From an uncultured Candidatus Saccharibacteria bacterium (GTDB taxonomy: Bacteria; Patescibacteriota; Minisyncoccia; Phycocordibacterales; Zambryskibacteraceae), in NCBI GenBank assembly GCA_964553285.1, contig CAZKKF010000002.1, positions 1 to 53,132 of the forward strand: DNA of 53,132 nt, given 5' to 3'. Position numbers and translations under genes: made by a program. Positions 28,044 through 38,116 of this stretch are shown here, piece after piece (within the stretch, counting starts at the first letter, position 1; every line of letters starts with the position of its first letter). The notes beneath the pieces are model-generated. The model was not told the origin of the DNA. It worked only from the letters and a program-made list of their open reading frames with translations, and ran no database searches.

Positions 28044-28286
28044 ATGGCTAAAACATGCGTCATATCGGGAAAGAGCTCGCAGATGTCGGGAGGTTACTCA
28101 AACCGCACCCGTGCTACCCAGTTCAATCCCACCGGAAAGAAACGCAGATATGCAAACCTCCAGAAGAAGAGGATTTTTGTGCCGGAACTAAAAAAGACCG
28201 TCTCCATAGTGGTATCGGCCCGCGGCTTAAAGACCATTCAGAAAAACGGCGCCTACAAAACCCTCAAGAAAGCCGGCGTAGTTTAG
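28044..28286 (+). CDS. rpmB: 50S ribosomal protein L28
   Basis: MAKTCVISGKSSQMSGGYSNRTRATQFNPTGKKRRYANLQKKRIFVPE. ATG 28044 chosen. Confidence 0.9.
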   Translation: MAKTCVISGKSSQMSGGYSNRTRATQFNPTGKKRRYANLQKKRIFVPELKKTVSIVVSARGLKTIQKNGAYKTLKKAGVV

Positions 28287-28293
28287 AGTTTGG

Positions 28294-29142
28294 CTATCTC
28301 AACTTCAGTGTTTCCCCATCCGTTTCAAATATGATGCGGCCCTTTTCGTATGTGCCAATAATAGCCGCGCCCGCCAAAGACAAAGTGTCTGTAACTTCTT
28401 TGTGAGGGTGGCCATATCTGTTGTTTTTACCCGCAGAGATAACTGAGTACTCCGCCCCTACGGCCTCTACAAAAGATGAGATGCTTGAGGTGCGCGAACC
28501 ATGATGCCCCGCCTTCAGCACATCGGCAGACACATTATCCCCTGCCGCCACAAGAGCCTGCTCCGCCGACATAGGCGCGTCTCCGGTCAGCATGAAGGAA
28601 TGATTGCCAAAAGAAAGTATGCCCATTATTGAAGCGTCATTTGTATCCATGCCCGAAACATTTACCGGATGCAAAATCTCAAAAACCGCCCCATCGCCAA
28701 AATCAACCACCGTACCGCGCCTTACTTCAAGTACCGCTACTCCGCGTTTTTTGACAAGTTCGCGCAAGGCATCATCCGCATTGCTCTCTGAATCCGCCCC
28801 GCTTTCCAGAAAAACGCCCGCAGAAAAGCGCGACACCACGCCCGGCATGCCGCCTATATGGTCTGCATCCGGATGCGTGGCGAGGAGCACATCTATATGC
28901 CTGTCGTAAAAAGACATGACTTGGGACAGCTCCGATAAAACCGCGCTGTTGAACCCCGCGTCAATAAGCATGTCATTGCCGGAGGGCGAGCGGACATATA
29001 TGGCATCTCCCTGGCCCACATTAAGAAATGCCACCATCATATTGCCCGGCCGCTCCGTATGCTCCACATGCCAGACAAACACATTGGCAACAAGGAGAAC
29101 TGCGAGGCCAAAGTAAAAAGCGTGTTTTCTAAAGAAATTCAC
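28294..29142 (-). CDS. ComEC/Rec2-type metallo-beta-lactamase domain protein (stand-alone C-terminal module)
   Basis: N-terminal TM, then LNVGQGDAIYV, LLATHPDADHIGG and AGHHGSR, which are the MBL motifs of the ComEC C-domain. GTG start at 29142. Confidence 0.7.
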   Translation of the reverse strand: MNFFRKHAFYFGLAVLLVANVFVWHVEHTERPGNMMVAFLNVGQGDAIYVRSPSGNDMLIDAGFNSAVLSELSQVMSFYDRHIDVLLATHPDADHIGGMPGVVSRFSAGVFLESGADSESNADDALRELVKKRGVAVLEVRRGTVVDFGDGAVFEILHPVNVSGMDTNDASIMGILSFGNHSFMLTGDAPMSAEQALVAAGDNVSADVLKAGHHGSRTSSISSFVEAVGAEYSVISAGKNNRYGHPHKEVTDTLSLAGAAIIGTYEKGRIIFETDGETLKLR

Positions 29143-29173
29143 AGCTCAATTATATACGGTGTATTATGTATGC

Positions 29174-29782
29174 ATGAGTAAAAAATTCACAGCAAGAGAA
29201 TTTGTGATACCGGAATTAAAAGGCATCTCCGCAAAAACCATTGGAGAGCACTTGAAGCTTTATACGGGGTACGTCAACAACGCCAATTCCATACTTGAGA
29301 AGATTCCTGTATACGAGGGATACGCAGGAGAAGACACTTTCTCTCCCTATGTTATAAGCGAGCTTCACCGCAGATTCGCATTTGAATTTGACGGCATGAG
29401 AAATCATGAATATTACTTCTCTCATTTTGAAGGAGGCTCAAACGCACTTGATGCAGACAGCCCGTTGTACAAAAAAATTGAAGAAGAATTCGGAAGCTTT
29501 GCCGCCTGGCTTGAGAGATTCAAAGCAACGGCTCTTACCCGCGGGATAGGCTGGGTGATGCTTTACTACGATCCATCCACAAAAAGACTTATCAATGCCT
29601 GGATAGACGAACAGCACCTGGGACACCTGACAGGACTCTCCCCCATACTTGCCTTGGACATGTGGGAACACTCGTATGTTGCAGACTATCTTCCAAGCGG
29701 CAAGAAGCAGTACGTTGAAGACTTCTTCGCCAATCTAAACTGGCAGAGCTGTGAAAACAATTTCAAAGAAGCGGCAAAATAA
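29174..29782 (+). CDS. Fe/Mn superoxide dismutase
   Basis: HLKLYTGYVNN, NHEYYF and LALDMWEHSYVADY (the D..WEH.Y metal-ligand motif). ATG 29174 chosen. Confidence 0.85.
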   Translation: MSKKFTAREFVIPELKGISAKTIGEHLKLYTGYVNNANSILEKIPVYEGYAGEDTFSPYVISELHRRFAFEFDGMRNHEYYFSHFEGGSNALDADSPLYKKIEEEFGSFAAWLERFKATALTRGIGWVMLYYDPSTKRLINAWIDEQHLGHLTGLSPILALDMWEHSYVADYLPSGKKQYVEDFFANLNWQSCENNFKEAAK

Positions 29783-29785
29783 AAA

Positions 29786-31255
29786 TCACTCAAACGCCCT
29801 AGAGCGCTCGCTGTAAAAAATCAGTGCAACAAAAAGTGTGAGATAGAAGCCGGCTATCACAACCGGATTTATTTCGGGCACCTGGACGGAAGAAAAAGGA
29901 AGAGCCGACACAAGAGCGGACACGGATACGATCCAGCCGGAAAGCATCGCTGCAGTAAATGCGGGCAAAAAGTTGAGCACGGGAATAAAAGAAACAAGTG
30001 CCGTGCAAAGTGCGGCAAGCATGAGAAGCGGCACCATGGGCACTACCAGAATGTTTGCCAAGAGTCCGTAAAGAGAAACTTTGCCGGAGATGTATGCAAG
30101 CAAAGGCAAGACGGTTGCCTGCGTTGCTACGGTGGCGGCGACTATTTCCCTAAGACCCAACTTGTCGGGGACAAACGTTAGCCTGTTCATAATAGGCACG
30201 GACAAAGTGATGAGGCCGAAAGTGGCAAGGAACGACAATTGGAAAGACGGGTCATGAAGAAGTATCGCCGGCTCAATACAGACCATAATGAAACCCGCCA
30301 CAAGCAGTAGCCGCAAAGCATCCGCCGAGCGCGAGTGAAACAGGGCAATAAGGCCGAGAGACCCCATAAGGCCCGCGCGCACCACCGTGGCGGAAGGCCC
30401 GACAAACATCACAAACAGCGCCACGCCTATCAGAGCGGCAGTGAGAGAACCCTTCAGCCCAAGAGGCGAAGAGAGCCTGCGGAAAAACAGAGCTACTATG
30501 GTGATGTTGTATCCGGAGAGCACGGCGATATGTATAAGACCGGCTCTGATAAGATTCTCTTCCACTTTTTCGGGTATGGCTTTCTTCTCTCCCAAAAGCA
30601 CACCCTGGGAAAGTGCGGCATGGGGCTCATGGAGATTTCTTTCCAAAGACCTAGACGCTTTAAGTTTGAGAAGATACATCACGTCAAGAAGCGACCTGTC
30701 AGTGCCGATTTTCTCAAGCTTGGGATTTTTGATTTCGGCCGTGATGCCTTTGCTTTTTAAATAAGCGGGATAATCAAAGATGCGTCCGGTGTCCGTCTCA
30801 AAAGATTCCGGTAAGGATAATGTACCGCTGAAACTTACAATATCTCCTCTGCTAAGCTGCATATGAGAGGGAGCGAAGACCACTATCTTTCCTTCTTCTT
30901 CGCCCTTTTGCACATGCAAAACCAGGCGGGCATTGAGGTCGCGAGGCTCCGACAATACCACCTTGGCCTCCCCTTCAATCAAATTGCCAAAACTTTCCTC
31001 AAATACTTTCGGAGTCTTTGTCTGCAAAAACAGTGACATAAAAACTCCCGCAATAAAAACAGCCATCAAAGCGTGAAACGCCTTGGGCCTGAAGCCCAGC
31101 ATGAAAAAAGCCGCCCAAAGGGCGGCCGCAAACATAAGCGCAGACACTATCGGCGAAGAAAATACCTCCGCAAAGACAACGCCCGAAGCAAAGCAGGCAA
31201 AAGCCAGGCCTAGAGTTTTTGTAGAGGGTATGAACCTGTACCAAGATGCGGGCAT
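29786..31255 (-). CDS. comEC: ComEC/Rec2 N-terminal OB-fold plus competence (membrane channel) domains, lacking the MBL domain
   Basis: 489 aa, polytopic, with an OB-like insert (EGEAKVVLSEPRD...IVSFSGTL) followed by the competence-domain pattern GLIHIAVLSGYNITIV. Confidence 0.7.
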   Translation of the reverse strand: MPASWYRFIPSTKTLGLAFACFASGVVFAEVFSSPIVSALMFAAALWAAFFMLGFRPKAFHALMAVFIAGVFMSLFLQTKTPKVFEESFGNLIEGEAKVVLSEPRDLNARLVLHVQKGEEEGKIVVFAPSHMQLSRGDIVSFSGTLSLPESFETDTGRIFDYPAYLKSKGITAEIKNPKLEKIGTDRSLLDVMYLLKLKASRSLERNLHEPHAALSQGVLLGEKKAIPEKVEENLIRAGLIHIAVLSGYNITIVALFFRRLSSPLGLKGSLTAALIGVALFVMFVGPSATVVRAGLMGSLGLIALFHSRSADALRLLLVAGFIMVCIEPAILLHDPSFQLSFLATFGLITLSVPIMNRLTFVPDKLGLREIVAATVATQATVLPLLAYISGKVSLYGLLANILVVPMVPLLMLAALCTALVSFIPVLNFLPAFTAAMLSGWIVSVSALVSALPFSSVQVPEINPVVIAGFYLTLFVALIFYSERSRAFE

Positions 31256-31266
31256 CGCCTAAAGCC

Positions 31267-31977
31267 TTACGAAAACTCCCGGATAATCCTATCCTCCTCG
31301 CTCTTGCTCAGCGCTTTTTTGAATCGCGCTCCGGAGACTCCGCTTACCCTGCTCAAACACTGAGCCCATGTCTTGTCGGTGTACACAACTCCGTTTACTT
31401 TGCTTATATAAGAATAAGCTTTGGCACTGCTTTTCTTCTGCGAGGATGAACGCGCCTCCTTTTGGGCGGTGGCTTCAACCGTAAAAATATCCACACCATA
31501 ATCCTCCATCCGTCCGGCAAAAAGATTGTGCTCGCGTCCGTCCGCAAAAGCGGTGGCTATCTCATCGCATCTTTCATTGCCCGGCACGCCCGCATGGCCT
31601 TCAACTTTGCACCAGGTGATTTCTTTGTCCGCGGAGACGCTCACAAGCTCCTGCCATAATTCTTTATTTTCCACCGGCTTTTTGGATGCGGTCATCCAGC
31701 CGTTTTTTTGCCAGCCGTTTACCCACGAAGTAATGCCGTTCAGCACATAAGACGAGTCGGAATAAACATTGATATTCTTTTCTTCTTTACACGCGCGCAA
31801 AGCTTCTATCGCCGCCGCAAGTTCCATCTGGTTGTTTGTGGCCTTTGGGGACGCGCCGCCTATTTCCCTCACTTTCCCATCTGCAAAAATAATAGCCCCC
31901 CAGCCCGCAGGACCCGGATTGCCTCTGGCCGAACCATCTGTAAAAATCACGCATCCGTCTTTTTTCATTGCATACAA
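31267..31977 (-). CDS. rnhA: RNase HI with C-terminal hybrid-binding (viroplasmin-like) domain
   Basis: IFTDGSARGNPGPAGWG, NNQMELAAAIEAL, VYSDSSYV and GHAGVPGNERCDEIA form the DEDD/H core. The C-terminal AYSYISKVNGVVYTDKTWAQCLSRVSGVSGARFKKALSKSEE looks like an HBD. Confidence 0.85.
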   Translation of the reverse strand: MYAMKKDGCVIFTDGSARGNPGPAGWGAIIFADGKVREIGGASPKATNNQMELAAAIEALRACKEEKNINVYSDSSYVLNGITSWVNGWQKNGWMTASKKPVENKELWQELVSVSADKEITWCKVEGHAGVPGNERCDEIATAFADGREHNLFAGRMEDYGVDIFTVEATAQKEARSSSQKKSSAKAYSYISKVNGVVYTDKTWAQCLSRVSGVSGARFKKALSKSEEDRIIREFS

Positions 31978-31998
31978 TTATAGCAGGCGCCGGTCTTA

Positions 31999-33630
31999 TT
32001 ACTTCACATCAACCACCCTCACCCTCCAAGCGCTCCTGCCGCGAAAAGGATCTTCTTCTATCTGGCCAAGCACATCGCAGGTTGCGCCCGCGGATACCTT
32101 GTCTGAAAAAGCGCCCGCAAAAAACTTTATGCCGCGGCCGGTAGACTCTCCGTGCTTCATCATTATCTCCAGGTGCTCTTTGGCTTTGCCGAAGTTTTTT
32201 ACCTCGCCAAGATTTACCTGCGGAAAATTAAAAAGCGGCTTGTCGTTTTCCAAACCGAAAGGTCTCATGGCAAAAAGCGAGCGCAGGAGCGATGGCGTAA
32301 TATCTTTTATATAAACCGATGCTTCAAAAACTTTTTCCGGAGCGGCCAGCACAGAATCCATATTGCCAAAAGCGGAAGAAAGAGTATCCGGCAAAGCGTG
32401 CAAATTTTCTTTGGCAACGGTAAAACCGCCCGCTTCTTTGTGTCCGCCGTACTGAATGAAGATGTCGCTTGAGTGCGCCATGAGATCATGCACGGATACA
32501 CTCTTGTTGCCGCGGCACGAGCCGCGTAGTTCTTTGGAACCGTCTTCGCCCCAGAGGAATACCGGCCTGTCGTATTTTTCGGCAATGTTGTTTGCAACCA
32601 GGCCAAGCAGAGACGGCCGCCAGCCCACCGAGCCGAGCACTATGACCGGACTCTCGTGTAAACGAAGTTCTTCTATGCGCTCATGCGCCTCCTTTACCAT
32701 AGCGGCAACCACGCCCTTGCGCGAGCGGTTGACCGCTTCAAGTTCCTTGGCAAAAGCATAAGCCGCCGTCTCATCCTCTGCGGAGAGCAGGTTGCCTGCA
32801 AGAGAAACTTCTCCCATGCGCGAAGCGGCATTTATTCTTGGAGCAATAAGAAAGCCCACATCGTCTTCCGTTATGTTTCTCAGGCGAAGCATGGAAGTAA
32901 GCGCACGGATGCCCGGCCTGCGGGACCTGTTTAGGACCAGGAGGCCGAACTTGGCAAGTATTCTGTTTTCTCCCGTCAGAGGCACCATGTCGGCAATGGT
33001 CGCGATAGCCACCAAATCCAAGAGCCACTTCTCCTGCCCGGGCGCCATATTCAAGACACCTTTTTGCTGTAGAGCCTGGACCAGCTTAAAAGCGACCCCC
33101 GTACCGCAAAGACCCTTGAAAGGATAATTGCAGTCCGGCTGTTTGGGATCAAGCACGGCAATGGCATTCATCACGCACTGTCCGCTTTCGTGGTGATCGG
33201 TGATGATGACATCAATGCCGAGAGTATTTGCTCTTTCCACCGCATCACAGTTTGCAATGCCGCAATCAACGGTAATGATGAGCGACACCCCTTCTTCATG
33301 CAGTTTATCCACCGCCTCTTGGTGAAAACCGAAACCGTCCGCATGCCTGTCCGGCATATAAGAAATGACATCGGCGCCGGAAGAGGCAAGAGCAGACTTA
33401 AGCATCACTCCGCCCGGCACTCCATCCGCATCAAAGTCGCTGTAGACCGCTATCTTTTCTTTGTCTCTGAAAGCTTTCTCAATGCGAGAAACTGCCTTGT
33501 CCATATCCTTCATCAAAAAAGGATCGTGAAGGTCTTCGTATTTTGGATTCAAAAAGTTTTCTTTCTCATCAATGCCGTAACCGCGGTTTAAGATGATGTC
33601 TTCTATGAGGGGGTGGAGGACTGTTGGCAT
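31999..33630 (-). CDS. recJ: single-stranded-DNA-specific exonuclease RecJ
   Basis: DFDADGV, ITVDCG, IITDHH (DHH motifs), 543 aa. Confidence 0.9.
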   Translation of the reverse strand: MPTVLHPLIEDIILNRGYGIDEKENFLNPKYEDLHDPFLMKDMDKAVSRIEKAFRDKEKIAVYSDFDADGVPGGVMLKSALASSGADVISYMPDRHADGFGFHQEAVDKLHEEGVSLIITVDCGIANCDAVERANTLGIDVIITDHHESGQCVMNAIAVLDPKQPDCNYPFKGLCGTGVAFKLVQALQQKGVLNMAPGQEKWLLDLVAIATIADMVPLTGENRILAKFGLLVLNRSRRPGIRALTSMLRLRNITEDDVGFLIAPRINAASRMGEVSLAGNLLSAEDETAAYAFAKELEAVNRSRKGVVAAMVKEAHERIEELRLHESPVIVLGSVGWRPSLLGLVANNIAEKYDRPVFLWGEDGSKELRGSCRGNKSVSVHDLMAHSSDIFIQYGGHKEAGGFTVAKENLHALPDTLSSAFGNMDSVLAAPEKVFEASVYIKDITPSLLRSLFAMRPFGLENDKPLFNFPQVNLGEVKNFGKAKEHLEIMMKHGESTGRGIKFFAGAFSDKVSAGATCDVLGQIEEDPFRGRSAWRVRVVDVK

Positions 33631-33651
33631 TTGGTGTATTTTATATGAAAC

Positions 33652-34050
33652 ATGGACAACTGCATATTTTGCAAGATAGCAAACAAGGAAATCCCCTCAC
33701 AAACAGTCTATGAGGACGACAAATGTCTGGCCTTTTTGGACATCCATCCTTATCAGGAAGGCCACACTTTGCTGGTGCCAAAAAGCCACAACCAATGGAT
33801 GACGGATGTGCCAGACGAAGAATTGGCTTATCTTTTTCAAACAGCCAAGAAGATAATGAAAGGGTTAAAGACTGCAATGAACGCAGATTTTGTGAGCCTC
33901 GGCGTAGTAGGCGTTGACGTGCCTCATTTTCATATTCACTTAAACCCCAGATACTTCAACGACAGACTGCGCAACACCATACCAACGATTGAATACAAAA
34001 ATGTGGAGCACATGAAAGAAGTTGCCGACAAAATCAAAAACTCCTTATAG
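33652..34050 (+). CDS. HIT-family (histidine triad) hydrolase
   Basis: CIFCKIANKEIPS...VPHFHIHLNP. Confidence 0.9.
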   Translation: MDNCIFCKIANKEIPSQTVYEDDKCLAFLDIHPYQEGHTLLVPKSHNQWMTDVPDEELAYLFQTAKKIMKGLKTAMNADFVSLGVVGVDVPHFHIHLNPRYFNDRLRNTIPTIEYKNVEHMKEVADKIKNSL

Positions 34051-35175
34051 CGGATTTTTGTCTAGCGCTTCGATGCCGGGCAAAGTTTCATTCAAAAGAT
34101 AATCAAGCATGGCACCCCCTGCGGTGGATACAAAAATCCTGTCCCCCAAAGTGTGAACACCTGCGCCTATCGCCGCCACCGTATCCCCTCCTCCCACTAC
34201 GGCTTTGACACTTTGCGTGCTGATGATTGCATCGGCTATGCTCTTGGTACCGGCGGAAAAACCTTTTTCGTAATTTCCAAGTGGACCGTTCCAAACCACT
34301 GTCTTTGCTCTGCTTAATAAATCAGCAAGTTCTTGCGAGGAAAGCAAACCTATATCAACTATCTCATCATTCTGGCCCACTTCATCTGCCATTACTGTTT
34401 TAGTCTCGCCATTTTCATCAATCACAACCACGTCCTTAGGAAGTTTGAGCGGTGGTGAAGTAATATCTGACAAATCAAGATCAAGACCGGAAACAAGCGA
34501 ACGGCCGGTTTCAAAACCCTGCGCCTTAAAAAAATCGTTTGCAAGAGCACCCCCCACAAAAACATAGTCCGCCCTCTCGGCAAACTTGCGAAGCAGGGGG
34601 AGCTTTGTTTCAAATTTGGCTCCGCCAAGCACAAAAAGCAGAGGCTTCTCCGGGGAAAGTGCCGCGGACAGTCCGGCAACTTCTTCTTCAAAAAGAAACC
34701 CTGCGCATGACGGCAAAAACTCCGGCACGCCGACAATGGAAGAGTGCTTACGATGGGACACGGAAAAAGCATCATTCACATAAAAATCCGCAAGGCTTGA
34801 AAGGAGCTTCGCAAACTCCATATCATTTGCCGCTTCCTGCGGATAGCGACGCAGATTTTCAAAAAGGGTTACTTCTCCTGCCGGATACTCCCCCATTTGG
34901 CAAACGGGAAAATAATCGTCCATAAAACGCAACGGAAATTTCTTGGAGAGATGATCTGCAACCGGCTTGAGGCTTGGCGAAGATTCCGTATGCGAGATCA
35001 AAACAACATGCGCACCGGCCGAAAGCAAAAAGTTTATAGACGGCAGAGTTTTGTCTATGCGATAGGTGTCGGATATTTTGCCGCCGTCAACGGGCACATT
35101 AAAATCCGCCCGCAAAAGAACTTTTTTGTTTTTGAAAAAATCGGGATTATCCCGCAAAGAAGACAGGTACTTCAT
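34045..35175 (-). CDS. pgk: phosphoglycerate kinase
   Basis: VLLRADFNVPV...SHRKHSS...GGGDT. Its start overlaps the tpiA stop. Confidence 0.93.
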   Translation of the reverse strand: MKYLSSLRDNPDFFKNKKVLLRADFNVPVDGGKISDTYRIDKTLPSINFLLSAGAHVVLISHTESSPSLKPVADHLSKKFPLRFMDDYFPVCQMGEYPAGEVTLFENLRRYPQEAANDMEFAKLLSSLADFYVNDAFSVSHRKHSSIVGVPEFLPSCAGFLFEEEVAGLSAALSPEKPLLFVLGGAKFETKLPLLRKFAERADYVFVGGALANDFFKAQGFETGRSLVSGLDLDLSDITSPPLKLPKDVVVIDENGETKTVMADEVGQNDEIVDIGLLSSQELADLLSRAKTVVWNGPLGNYEKGFSAGTKSIADAIISTQSVKAVVGGGDTVAAIGAGVHTLGDRIFVSTAGGAMLDYLLNETLPGIEALDKNPL

Positions 35176-35951
35176 TTTCTTTTTGCCGCAGGAAAAAGAC
35201 TTTCCATAATGCGGGTCATCTCCTGCGCGCGGATGCTTGCTCTTCCAACCAAAAATCCCTGCGCAGAGCCCGCAGACAAAAGCTCTTGCGCATTTGAGGA
35301 ATCAACCGAACCTCCATATATTATTCTCGCCTGATGCGCGGGAGCGTTGCCAAACATATCTGCAAGCACTTTCCTTATAAAGATGATGGTTTCAAAAAGC
35401 GAAGCGGGCGACATGGCACTACTTGCCTTCTCCCCCACCGCCCAGACGGGCTCATAGGCAAGAATGATTTTGCCCAAAGAGTTTTTTGGAATACCGTCAA
35501 GCGAACTTTTTATCTCATCGCGCAAAACGTTCCAATATTCTCCGGCATAGTCGCGCTCTTTTTCGCCCACGCAAACAACCGGCACGAGGCCCGCCTTAAG
35601 CGCAAGCTGAACTTTGCGGGATACATCTTCGGAGCTCTCGCCTTCGGCCCTCTCTTCGGAGTGGCCGAGTATCACAAACTCCGCTCCGGCATCCTTGAGC
35701 TGAAACACGGAAGACTCCCCGGTGTGAGCCCCTTCCGGATAGGCAGACATTCCCTGCGCACCAAGGAGAAGATTTTTAGGAAAAGCGCGCGAAGAAAGAG
35801 AAAAGATGTGGGCATGGCTCGGGGCCGCGCCAAAAAATACTTTTGAGTATTTTTTGGCGCACTTCACATAAAAAGAGAAGAGGTCTTTAGCAGAATCCAC
35901 ATCACGAAGGTACATCTTCCAGTTGCCGATAAAAAAGATCTTGCGCTGCAT
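35172..35951 (-). CDS. tpiA: triosephosphate isomerase
   Basis: FFIGNWKMY...ILGHSERA...AYEPVWAVG...IIYGGSV. Confidence 0.95.
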   Translation of the reverse strand: MQRKIFFIGNWKMYLRDVDSAKDLFSFYVKCAKKYSKVFFGAAPSHAHIFSLSSRAFPKNLLLGAQGMSAYPEGAHTGESSVFQLKDAGAEFVILGHSEERAEGESSEDVSRKVQLALKAGLVPVVCVGEKERDYAGEYWNVLRDEIKSSLDGIPKNSLGKIILAYEPVWAVGEKASSAMSPASLFETIIFIRKVLADMFGNAPAHQARIIYGGSVDSSNAQELLSAGSAQGFLVGRASIRAQEMTRIMESLFPAAKRK

Positions 35952-35999
35952 GGTTGGAGATAATTATACCAAACCCCGGCCCCGTATGACACAAAGGCT

Positions 36000-37760
36000 T
36001 TAACTCCCTGCAATACGAAAAGCTTCTTCCAGAGGAATATGCTTTTGAAAAGCGGCAAAAAGAGCCTCATCTTCAAGCAAGAGGCTCTTTTCCAGGCGCA
36101 TTTCCGCCTTTAGAGCCTCCACATCGGAAGCGGCCACCAGAGTTTTGGACGTAAGCCCGACAGGCACAACCTCATACACCCCGCGCTTGTCCCTTTTGTC
36201 CGACAAGCCTTCCCCCGCGCTCATAAACACAGGCATTTTCATGCCGCCTTTGGGCGACAGCACACCCTCCTCCTGCAAGGCAGTTATAACAAGCTTCAAA
36301 TCTGCTCCCTTTATTCGCTTCATAAGCTCTTTTTCGGGTATTTCTATCTCTTTGTCGCCGTAAGAAGTGCGGGCCGACAGGCGGCTGGTAACCGCAAGAG
36401 AGAGCACCGAGGCAAGCTTTGCTGGAGAAATACCAAAATCTTCCATTTTTGAAATCAAACCGGAAATGTTTTCGGTCTTGACCGAGGCCAAAACCAATCT
36501 GCCGTGGGCCGCCGCAGACACCGCAAGCATGGCCGTATCATGGTCTTTTATCTCGCTTATCATCAAAATATCCGCATCCTGTCTCATCGCCGCCCGAACC
36601 GCCGCCGGAAAAGAAAGCCCTTTGTCCGGACGGACGGTAATTTGGTTGACCCCCGCCAGAGAATGCTCTATGTGCTCCTCCACCGATATCGCCGTCTTGC
36701 CGGGGCGATTGGCAATATCAATCATCGTATAAAGAAGGGTGGTCTTGCCCGAAGAAGCGGGCCCGGCCACAAGTATCAAGCCGCTTCTTGCATGCAAAGC
36801 TTTGTGGGTATCCTCCAGGCCCTTGCCGTGGAAACCCAGAGTCTCCAGTGTGAAACCGGCTGAAGTCTCTTTAAACAAGCGCAGGACTATCCTTTCCCCG
36901 CGATGAGTGGGAACAACGGATATTCTTGCGGTGCGCAAAGACGCACCCTCGCCGAAAGACACCTTGCCTTCCTGCGCCAGGGCTGTCTCTTCCACCGTAA
37001 GACCAGAGAGCATCTTCAGTCTTGCAGACACTATGGGCGCAATGCGTGCAGGCAAGACCATGCCTTCGTGCAAACTTCCCCCGATACGAAACTTCACCGA
37101 AAGGCCTTTGTCCGCAGGCTCAAGGTGTATGTGATCGGCGTGCTGGGAGTTTGCATACCAAATGACAGATTCAAGCAGTTCGCTTGCCTGCGAACTCTCG
37201 GCGAGCACTTTTATATATTCCCCGGACAAAGCGGGATTTTTGGAAAGCTCGGAGAGAAGCGTCTCCGAATGCGAGTCCATCTGCCCTCCCACATGAGTGC
37301 GCACACCGCGCTGGTAGGCGATGAGCGCATACTTCATGGAAGCCGCATCCGTCAGGCGGCAGAGCACGGGCGCACCTATTCTCTCCTCCAAAAAAGAAAC
37401 GGCGTCCGCATCCAAAGGCTCAAGCGAGGCGACCTCCACCCCCTCCCCCTTGCGGGCAAAAGAAACAATGCGTTTTATGCGGGAAATCGGCTCCGGAACC
37501 AGAGAAAGTATCTCGTAGGAAAGCGCCCTGTTTGCAAGGCTCACAAAAGGGATGCCCGTCAAAGCCGAATAAGCTCGGCGCACATCATCCTCCCCCACCG
37601 CGCCGGAAAGAACGAGCGCCTGGCTCAATGGTATTTTCCTTTCCCTGGCATCATTCAGCGCAAGCTTCATCTCGGTTTTGGAGACAACGCCCGAGTCGGT
37701 GAGAAAATCCTTTAGCAAACTATCAGTGCGATCAATGTGCATATTATTTACATCAATCAT
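36000..37760 (-). CDS. pilB: type II/IV secretion / type IV pilus assembly ATPase (GspE/PilB family)
   Basis: N-terminal MshEN-like domain. Walker A is GPASSGKTT, followed by the DADILMISEIKD Asp box and His box. No pilC or pilM neighbours in the window. Confidence 0.85.
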   Translation of the reverse strand: MIDVNNMHIDRTDSLLKDFLTDSGVVSKTEMKLALNDARERKIPLSQALVLSGAVGEDDVRRAYSALTGIPFVSLANRALSYEILSLVPEPISRIKRIVSFARKGEGVEVASLEPLDADAVSFLEERIGAPVLCRLTDAASMKYALIAYQRGVRTHVGGQMDSHSETLLSELSKNPALSGEYIKVLAESSQASELLESVIWYANSQHADHIHLEPADKGLSVKFRIGGSLHEGMVLPARIAPIVSARLKMLSGLTVEETALAQEGKVSFGEGASLRTARISVVPTHRGERIVLRLFKETSAGFTLETLGFHGKGLEDTHKALHARSGLILVAGPASSGKTTLLYTMIDIANRPGKTAISVEEHIEHSLAGVNQITVRPDKGLSFPAAVRAAMRQDADILMISEIKDHDTAMLAVSAAAHGRLVLASVKTENISGLISKMEDFGISPAKLASVLSLAVTSRLSARTSYGDKEIEIPEKELMKRIKGADLKLVITALQEEGVLSPKGGMKMPVFMSAGEGLSDKRDKRGVYEVVPVGLTSKTLVAASDVEALKAEMRLEKSLLLEDEALFAAFQKHIPLEEAFRIAGS

Positions 37761-37876
37761 TATAAACAGCTAAACATGGCGTGCCTAGGACCTAAACTGC
37801 TAACAACGTCCCGCCGCCGGAAGCCGACGACGTGTTTTTCTTGGTGCAGTCAGTAAGGTGGAGGCAATCCTGCGAT

Positions 37877-38116
37877 TTAGCGTTTCTTGTTTTTTGTCAG
37901 ATTTATAAATTCTTCCCGGGAAATACCCAGGTCGGTCAAGATACCCCACAAAGTGCCTTTGGGTAGATCGTTGTTGCCATGCACCGGCACAACAATCCTC
38001 TTGCCATTGTTATCCCTAAGTACATGGTGGCTACCTTTTATATAATCCGGACGATAATCAATCCCCTGCAAAATCTTTAATAGTTGTTTGCCTGTAACAT
38101 TGGGCAATTTAGGCAT
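37877..38116 (-). CDS. hicA: HicA-family mRNA interferase toxin
   Basis: MPKLPNVTGKQLLKILQGIDYRPDYIKGSHHVLRDNNGKRIVVPVHGNNDLPKGTLWGILTDLGI (YcfA/HicA fold signature GSH...P.H). Confidence 0.85.
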   Translation of the reverse strand: MPKLPNVTGKQLLKILQGIDYRPDYIKGSHHVLRDNNGKRIVVPVHGNNDLPKGTLWGILTDLGISREEFINLTKNKKR

